From an uncultured Bifidobacterium sp. (GTDB lineage: Bacteria; Verrucomicrobiota; Verrucomicrobiia; Limisphaerales; JADLHS01), in the NCBI GenBank assembly GCA_964429665.1, contig CAYSDO010000002.1:1-46661 (forward strand): a stretch of 46,661 bases of DNA, written 5' to 3'. The notes under the pieces were generated by a model. It was not told where the DNA came from. It saw nothing but the letters and a program-made list of their open reading frames with translations, and searched no databases. Positions 35,213 to 41,627 of the stretch are shown piece by piece. Numbering within the stretch: the stretch's first letter is position 1; every line of letters starts with the position of its first letter. The translations under genes and the position numbers were made by a program.

Positions 35213-35217
35213 AACTG

Positions 35218-36000
35218 ATGTCCTTCCTCTACTCCATTCTCCTTAAGCTGCTCTATCCCACCTCGCTTTGCGTCCTCCTGCTCCTGGCGGCAGCGGTCTT
35301 TCGCAAGCGCCAGAAGGCACGCCGCATCTGTTTCAGTCTCGCTATCCTCATCCTGCTCGTCTGCGGCAATGGCTGGGTGGTAAAATATTCCACGCGTTAT
35401 CTGGAATCGCAGTATCCACCTCTGCCCTCGGGCAGTTCAGTTGCTGCCGATTGCATCCTGGTGCTGGGTGGCGGCACTTCCGAAAAGATTCCCCCACGAC
35501 CAACCGTCGAGGTGGGTGAAGCCGGTGACCGCGTCCTCTACGCGGCGCACCTCTTCCGCGCTGGGAATGCACCAAGTATCCTCTGCACGTCAGGGATAGC
35601 AACGGGTGGCAACGGCCCGCGGCCCGCCGCGAATAACATGGCAGAATTGCTTCGGGACCTAGGTGTGCCTGAAAGCGCAATCATCCGGGAAACCGCCTCC
35701 CGCAACACGCACGAGCACGGGGACAACCTGCTTCCAATGCTGAAGCAAAAGGGGATCAAGCGCATGATTCTGGTAACCTCCGCCGCGCACATGCCCCGCT
35801 CAATGGGTGTGTTCAAAAAATCCTGTCCCGGCATCGAGTTCATCCCCGCACCCACGGATTTCCGCATCGTCGAACTCGATTTGCCGTGGTATAGGCAACT
35901 CGTCAACCTGATCCCCACACCCGGCAACCTCGTCCAGTTCTCAGAGACAATGCACGAATATCTCGGCATGGCCTATTATCGGCTCAGAGGCTGGCTATAG
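35218..36000 (+). CDS. YdcF/ElyC-like DUF218 protein (envelope/polysaccharide-related)
   Basis: Two N-terminal TM segments. ADCILVLGGG...APSILCTSG...MILVTSAAHMPRSMGVFKK matches the DUF218 core pattern. Confidence 0.85.
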   Translation: MSFLYSILLKLLYPTSLCVLLLLAAAVFRKRQKARRICFSLAILILLVCGNGWVVKYSTRYLESQYPPLPSGSSVAADCILVLGGGTSEKIPPRPTVEVGEAGDRVLYAAHLFRAGNAPSILCTSGIATGGNGPRPAANNMAELLRDLGVPESAIIRETASRNTHEHGDNLLPMLKQKGIKRMILVTSAAHMPRSMGVFKKSCPGIEFIPAPTDFRIVELDLPWYRQLVNLIPTPGNLVQFSETMHEYLGMAYYRLRGWL

Positions 36001-36050
36001 TCACAATCCATCGCTTACTCCTGCTCTTAACCTGGTACCCTGTCGTGGCG

Positions 36051-36332
36051 CTGTTTTCCAAATTTCAGATTCTCCGCCTTTGCTTCTTTGCCCCGTGGTC
36101 AGTGGTCATTTCTGCTCTCTGCTTTTCCAATTTTTTGATCCGTGGTCAACAGCCAGATTTCTGCTTTCTACTTTCCCGATTTCAGATTTTCAGTTTGTCA
36201 GCATTTCAGCTTTTGTTTTGTCGTCCCGTCGTCCGTCGTCGTTAGTCCGTTGTCATTTCTACTTTCTGTTTTCCCAATTTCTGTTTTGAAATGTCAGTTT
36301 GTCTGCTTTTCAGCATTTGTTTTTGGCCGCTT
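36051..36332 (+). repeat. mosaic repeat block J
   Basis: ctgttttccaaatttcagattc...ccgtggtcagtggtcatttctgctctctgc...gatttctgctttctactttcccgatttcagattttcagtttgtcagcatttcagc...gtcgtcccgtcgtccgtcgtcg...atttctactttctgttttcccaatttctgttttgaaatgtcag. Confidence 0.9.
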
Positions 36333-36794
36333 TTGAAATCTCTATCCCAAACCTGTCTCCGCTTCGTTCTGGCCCTCTACACCGGCCTGCTCTTGTACGT
36401 CACCCTTTGGCCGTTCCAGTTCACCTCCCATCCCGGACGCAACACAACAAACCTCAAGAGACATGTCGAATGGATTCCTTTCACAAGGTTGTGCCCGAAC
36501 CACGGCCTCTTCTGCCCGCGCGACACCGGTTTGAACCTCGCAATGTTCCTCCCCTTCGGCGCCTTGGTAGCCTTGATGTCTTCAGCTGAGATTGGCCGGA
36601 TGCGCCGCGTTGTTCGCGCTGCCGCCTTGGGTTTCAGCCTCAGTTTGCTGATCGAGACTACACAGTATTTCATACCCGTCCGTTATCCCAGCACCACCGA
36701 CCTCTTGTTGAACACGTTGGGTGCGGGTCTGGGCGGGCTCGTCGTTTTCACCACTTCCAAAACCAGGCCATTGAAAATGCCGCATCAACCATAA
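36291..36794 (+). CDS. VanZ-family membrane protein
   Basis: LLYVTLWPFQF...WIPFTRL...NLAMFLPFGALVAL...SLLIETTQYFIPVRYPSTTDLLLNTLGAGLGGLV. ATG 36291 is repeat-borne (aaATGTCAG module), so the real start may be the in-frame TTG at 36333 (MKSLSQTCLRF..). Confidence 0.8.
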   Translation: MSVCLLFSICFWPLLKSLSQTCLRFVLALYTGLLLYVTLWPFQFTSHPGRNTTNLKRHVEWIPFTRLCPNHGLFCPRDTGLNLAMFLPFGALVALMSSAEIGRMRRVVRAAALGFSLSLLIETTQYFIPVRYPSTTDLLLNTLGAGLGGLVVFTTSKTRPLKMPHQP

Positions 36795-36799
36795 GGTGT

Positions 36800-37120
36800 T
36801 TGATGTTTTGGAGCTTTGAGTTTGGTATTTGCTGTTTAGTTTTTGCAGTTCGGGATTTGGTGTTTGGTGTTTTGCCAGTCCGTGGTCCGTGGTCGCGTAG
36901 TCCGTGGTCCCAGTTTCTGCTCTCTGCTTTTCATATTTCTGCTTTTGCTTGCTAGTCCCGTTGTCCGTGGTCATTTTGTTTTTCTACTCTTTGCTTTTGT
37001 TATTTCAGATTTTCAGCATGTCAGCATTTCAGCATTTGCTCTGTTGTCCGTGGTCCCGATTTCTACTTTCTGCTTTCCATATTTCAGATTTTCAGTTTGT
37101 CAGCCTTTCAGCTTTTGCCT
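36800..37120 (+). repeat. mosaic repeat block K (GT-rich TTTGGTG leader, then GTCCGTGG, TTTCTGY and TTTCAGC modules)
   Basis: ggtgtttgatgttttggagctttgagtttggtatttgc...gtccgtggtccgtggtcgcgtagtccgtggtccc...atttctgcttttgc...atttcagattttcagcatgtcagcatttcagc...gatttctactttctgctttcc...cagtttgtcagcctttcagc. Confidence 0.9.
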
Positions 37121-37257
37121 TTACCCGTCCGTACTCCATACCACCCACGTTCGCGATTTTATCCTGTTCCTCCCCAAGAAGTTTGCTTGAATGATGATCC
37201 TCATCAGGCCATGCTTTGAGATTCAGACACGGAAATCAGTGACGATCAAGGAATTGA

Positions 37258-37542
37258 TTGATGTTGTACCCGGCTCTTAAGCGTTGTTTCGATTTGGTGA
37301 TGGCCGGCCTGGGGCTGCTGCTTTTGCTGTGCATGCGGCGGCTCCTCGGCCAAGTCGTGAGACTTTTGGATGGCAGCCTTGTTTCTTTCACCAGTGTTGG
37401 TATCGCCTGGCTTGGTCACCCCCTTAGTATCCATGAATTCGTATCCGTGGTTTTTGGTACAGATAAGTGCGACACATCGTTCACCAAGGAGAGTGGTGAC
37501 CTGCGAATGCATTCGATCTCCCGACTACTGTTCGCTGTATGA
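37258..37542 (+). pseudogene. truncated/degenerate N-terminal fragment of a bacterial sugar transferase (PglC/WbaP/EpsB-type, PF02397-like)
   Basis: LKRCFDLVMAGLGLLLLL...LLDGSLVSFTSVGIAWLGHPLSIHEFVSV parallels the family N-terminus KR.FD + TM + ..GsvlFtQ.R.G..Gk.F.iyKFrtM. It ends at 94 aa before the catalytic region, and its stop overlaps the CapD start (ATGA). Confidence 0.55.
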
Positions 37543-39476
37543 AACTGAATCTCTTCGACTATTCACCACCAGTCCGGGTGTGGCTTTTGTTTTTACTCTA
37601 CACCATTGAGCTGACCGCCAGCCTTTGGTTGGCGTACGAACTGCGCTTTGATTTCATGATGGAGTCCGCTGTCCAGCACGAGCGGCTCATCGTTCTGATG
37701 TGGTTGGTGCCTCTGCAGTTGATCCTTCTCGGGCTTTTCCACCAGCTTAGTTCGTTGCTGGGCTATTTCAGCACGCCGGACCTCGCTCGCATGTTCCACG
37801 CCCTCACCATCAGTGCGGTCGTGGCTGGAATAGTGTGGATGATTTGGGGTATCGGGTTTGCGCCTCCCCGTGGTGTCATCGCGATTGATTTTGTATTCGC
37901 CCTGGTTGGCTTGACCGGCGTACGCCTGGCCATGCGAACCCTGCGCGAATCCTTGAGCGTTCAAGGCAGGAAAAGCGGACAGCGACAACGGCGCGTGGCC
38001 ATCATCGGCGCCGGAGATGCCGGTGCGTTGCTGGCTCATGAGCTCGCACTCAAACCCGGTTGCGGCCTCCATCCCGTGGCCTTCTTCGATGACGACCAGC
38101 ATAAATGGAATTCACGCGTGCATGATATTCCGGTTCTGGGGCCGCCGGAACGATTGACCGAGGTGAATGCCAAACTCGACATCCAGGAGGCCATCATCGC
38201 CATGCCCTCGGCATCCGCCAAACGAATTGGCGAAGTGGTCCGGCTCCTGCGCCTCGCGCGCCTCCCTTGCAAGACCATTCCATCACTGGATCAACTCGCC
38301 CTCGGACAGGTTCGTGTCACCCAGTTGCGCAATGTCGAGGTTTCAGACCTCCTCGGACGTGAACGGGTCGAATTGGAAACGGAAAGCATTCGCCTGGCTC
38401 TTAAGGATCGCGTCGTCCTCGTCTCCGGCGCTGGTGGAAGCATCGGAAGCGAACTGTGCCGCCAGATCGCCACTTATGAACCCAGACAATTGCTCCTGCT
38501 GGACCGTGCGGAGCCAAGCCTATTTCAGATCGAACAGGAGTTGATCGGGTTGGAACATGGGCAGCGGCTCGTCCCCTTGGTTGCTGATATTCTGGATCGC
38601 GCAAGGATGGATCAGATTTTTTCGCGCTTCCATCCTGAAGTGGTCTTTCATGCCGCCGCCCACAAGCATGTACCGATGATGGAGCATCAGCCGGGCGAGG
38701 CGGTCAAAAACAACTGCCATGGCACGGCACAGTTCGCCGACCTCGCACTCGAGTTCGGTGTGGATCGTTTCATCCTGATTTCCTCGGACAAGGCCATCAA
38801 CCCGACCAGCGTCATGGGAGCCACTAAACGTCTGGCGGAGATGTACGTTCAGGCCCTCTTCGCGGCAAATCCCACCCGGACAAAATTCATGGCCGTACGC
38901 TTCGGCAATGTCCTGGGATCCTCCGGCAGCGTGATCCCTCTCTTTCACAAACAAATCGCCGAGGGCGGCCCGGTCAAGGTCACCCACCCAGACATGACCC
39001 GGTATTTCATGACCATCCCGGAGGCTTCAATGCTAGTCCTCCAAAGCGCGATCCAAGGCACTGGTGGCGAAATCTTCGTGCTCGATATGGGCAAGCCGGT
39101 CCGCATCGTGGATCTGGCCCGGCAGATGATTGAACTGAGCGGGCTCAAGCCGGATGAGGACATTCAGATCGAGTTTATCGGCACGCGACCCGGCGAAAAA
39201 CTCTTCGAGGAGGTCACCCACAAGGGCGAGAACTTTGCCCCGACCACCCATCCCAAAATCTGCCGGTTTATCTCCCAGCCATTGGAGTTGATTTCACTTC
39301 GCAAAACACTTCAGTCACTGGTTGCGGAGATTCATCAGAACGGTCCGGAACAGATCAAGCGGCTGATGCGCGATGCCATACCGGATTATACACCCTATTT
39401 GACCGCGCCCGAACCCGCTCCATCCAAAATCACGCACCTCAAGGAATTCGAACGCCAGGCAGACCAGCGCCATTAA
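37539..39476 (+). CDS. membrane-anchored NDP-sugar 4,6-dehydratase/epimerase (CapD/WbpM/PglF family)
   Basis: Four N-terminal TM segments, RVAIIGAGDAGALLA, VLVSGAGGSIGSELCRQI (Rossmann), FHAAAHKHVPMME, SSDKAINPTSVMGATKRLAEMY. Confidence 0.92.
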   Translation: MKLNLFDYSPPVRVWLLFLLYTIELTASLWLAYELRFDFMMESAVQHERLIVLMWLVPLQLILLGLFHQLSSLLGYFSTPDLARMFHALTISAVVAGIVWMIWGIGFAPPRGVIAIDFVFALVGLTGVRLAMRTLRESLSVQGRKSGQRQRRVAIIGAGDAGALLAHELALKPGCGLHPVAFFDDDQHKWNSRVHDIPVLGPPERLTEVNAKLDIQEAIIAMPSASAKRIGEVVRLLRLARLPCKTIPSLDQLALGQVRVTQLRNVEVSDLLGRERVELETESIRLALKDRVVLVSGAGGSIGSELCRQIATYEPRQLLLLDRAEPSLFQIEQELIGLEHGQRLVPLVADILDRARMDQIFSRFHPEVVFHAAAHKHVPMMEHQPGEAVKNNCHGTAQFADLALEFGVDRFILISSDKAINPTSVMGATKRLAEMYVQALFAANPTRTKFMAVRFGNVLGSSGSVIPLFHKQIAEGGPVKVTHPDMTRYFMTIPEASMLVLQSAIQGTGGEIFVLDMGKPVRIVDLARQMIELSGLKPDEDIQIEFIGTRPGEKLFEEVTHKGENFAPTTHPKICRFISQPLELISLRKTLQSLVAEIHQNGPEQIKRLMRDAIPDYTPYLTAPEPAPSKITHLKEFERQADQRH

Positions 39477-39694
39477 ACGCCCACTCCCACAGGTATGAAC
39501 CGTCCGCCACCTGCCACGGCGCTCCTGCCGGCTCTTCCCCAGGAAGCCGGGCGGGAGCTCCGTGCGCAGTGTTCAAGCGGGGTCATCGAGGTCGCGAGAC
39601 TGGTTTCCTTTTTGCTTTTCCCTGTCATGCTCCCGACACACTCTATAGCCACTGCCCTGCATATTGGCTTCCAACCGGATGCACGGCCTCGTTT

Positions 39695-41374
39695 ATGAAA
39701 ACCAAAGTCCAAAAGATTCTGTTGCTCGTTGTCGTTCTTGGCATCGTGCTCCTTGTCGGCAGCTACGCCGGCTACCGCGGATACAAATCGTTCCGCCAGG
39801 CCAGACTCGTCAAGCAGGCTCGCGTCTTCATGGCAAAGCAGGACCAGCGCAAGGCGCTGCTTTCTCTGCAACGCGCACTCCGTTACAACAGCCGCGACGT
39901 GGATGCCTGCCGGTTGATGGCACAACTGGCTGAAGAAAGCCGCTCTCCCGCCGCGTTGATTTGGCGCAGTAAGGTGGTGGAACTCAATCCCGCATCGCTT
40001 GACGACCGCCTGGCCCTCGCACAGACCGCCATGTTCTCACGTGATTTCACCGCTGCCACAAACGCCCTGGAAGGCGTGAAGGCTGCAGACAAGAAGACCG
40101 CCCCCTACCACAACGTCGCCGGCCTCGTGTCCATTGCAGCCAATCAACCCGCCCAGGCGGAGGCCCATTTTGTTGAGGCCGTACGGCTCGAACCGGACAA
40201 CACGTTCTTCCAGATGAATGTTGCCGTAATGCGCCTCAACAGCACAAATGCCTCCACAAAAGCTGGCGCACAGGCATCCCTCCAGCGCATCAGCGCCAAT
40301 CCGACCAATGGTGCCCTGCGCTGCAAAGCGCTTCGCGAACTCGCCACTGATGCGCTGCGTCATCAGGAAGTTGATTCCGCTCTGGCCCTTTGCCAGAAGT
40401 TGGTTCAGGACACAAATTCCTTGTTCTCCGACCGGCTGCTCCAGCTCGATATCTTGCAACAGACCCGGAACAGCCAGTTCAGACCCACGCTCGCGGCCTG
40501 CCAGAAGGAGGCGGGCGAGGACTCGAAGAAGGTCTGGGAGTTGGGCATGTGGCAGATGTCCAAAACTTCACCCCGGGAAACAGTCGTCTGGCTGCAAATC
40601 CTTCCCGCAACCGTGCGAAATACCAGCCAGGTAGGGATGTTGACCGCAGAATGCCACGCCGCCCTGCAGGATTGGCGCGGACTTCAGGCACTTGTCGAAC
40701 CTCAAAACTGGGGGGAACTGGAATTTACCCGCCACGCCTTCAAAACATTGGCCTTGCGGGAACAGAAGCTGGCCGGTGCTGCAAAAGCCGAATGGGAGCT
40801 TGCTTTCAAGGCTGCCGAACTCCAGAAACAAAGTCTCGTGCTGCTCCTCCAATTTGCCGCGCGTTGGAACTGGTTGAGCGAAGGCGAAGAAGTGCTATGG
40901 GTCATCGTCAACCGGTATCCAGGCGAAAAATGGGCGACGCAGCTCCTTGCCCGATTGCTGCTTGCTGGCGGAAGGACCCGGTCCATGATGCAGTTCTACG
41001 GCCAGGAATTGAAAAGGGATCCGTCCGATCTTCTTGCAAAAAACAACCTCGCAATAACAGCTCTTCTACTTGATGCACAAGAACTTAAACCACACGACCT
41101 CGCGCGTGAGGTTTACCAGGTATCCCCCACCAACTCGTCTTTCATCTCCACCTATGCGTTTTCACTGCACCTGCAAAATCGAAATGCCGAGGCGTTGAAA
41201 TTGATGGAGCAGCTGAAGCCGAAGGAGCTTGAGGATCCATCCACAGCCGGCTACTACGGCCTCATTCTGAAGGCGACCGGCAATCGCGCAAAGGCGAAGA
41301 CCTGTCTTGCATCGTCCGCCTCCATGCTCCCCGAGGAAAAAAAACTCTTTGAAGCAGCAAAGGTGGGATTGTGA
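39695..41374 (+). CDS. membrane-anchored TPR-repeat protein
   Basis: MKTKVQKILLLVVVLGIVLLVGSYAG (TM anchor) followed by TPR-like helices (e.g. AEAHFVEAVRLEPDNTFFQMNVA). The track ORF begins at 39569, but ATG 39695 gives a sensible N-terminus. Confidence 0.75.
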   Translation: MKTKVQKILLLVVVLGIVLLVGSYAGYRGYKSFRQARLVKQARVFMAKQDQRKALLSLQRALRYNSRDVDACRLMAQLAEESRSPAALIWRSKVVELNPASLDDRLALAQTAMFSRDFTAATNALEGVKAADKKTAPYHNVAGLVSIAANQPAQAEAHFVEAVRLEPDNTFFQMNVAVMRLNSTNASTKAGAQASLQRISANPTNGALRCKALRELATDALRHQEVDSALALCQKLVQDTNSLFSDRLLQLDILQQTRNSQFRPTLAACQKEAGEDSKKVWELGMWQMSKTSPRETVVWLQILPATVRNTSQVGMLTAECHAALQDWRGLQALVEPQNWGELEFTRHAFKTLALREQKLAGAAKAEWELAFKAAELQKQSLVLLLQFAARWNWLSEGEEVLWVIVNRYPGEKWATQLLARLLLAGGRTRSMMQFYGQELKRDPSDLLAKNNLAITALLLDAQELKPHDLAREVYQVSPTNSSFISTYAFSLHLQNRNAEALKLMEQLKPKELEDPSTAGYYGLILKATGNRAKAKTCLASSASMLPEEKKLFEAAKVGL

Positions 41375-41481
41375 AATCCATAAGCTCCCACCGTGTGAAC
41401 AAGGTTTCCCGACACACGTGAGTTCACATCCCTGGTGATCAACCCGAGGCGGTTTCCAGAAAAATTCAGGGTTCGCGGAAA

Positions 41482-41510
41482 GGCCGGCAATATTGCCGGC
41501 CTTTTTCTTT
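41482..41510 (+). terminator. Rho-independent terminator downstream of the TPR gene
   Basis: GGCCGGCAATATTGCCGGCC perfect hairpin followed by TTTTTCTTT. Confidence 0.7.
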
Positions 41511-41627
41511 GGTGTCATGACACGTTTCATGCTTCCACCTGTTTTTCGAAGTTCAACCGGCATCACGCACCCCGAACCCACACAGACTCGCCAAGCTTGG
41601 TGGCAACTGGCAATCTTGGTCGTCGAA

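Noticed and set aside
36582-36974. 130-aa minus-strand ORF spanning the VanZ 3' end and repeat block K
   Set aside because: It overlaps a well-supported + strand gene and then reads the complement of repeats (KQKQKYEKQ.., TTDYATTDHG..). It is low complexity with no motif.
39569-39694. Upstream extension of the TPR ORF (track start 39569), and similarly 41493 for the DUF455 fusion
   Set aside because: The extensions translate to non-protein-like sequence (MFKRGHRGRETGFLFAFPCH..; MPAFFFGVMTRFMLPPVF..). The second overlaps the terminator hairpin. Internal ATGs at 39695 and 41628 give canonical N-termini.
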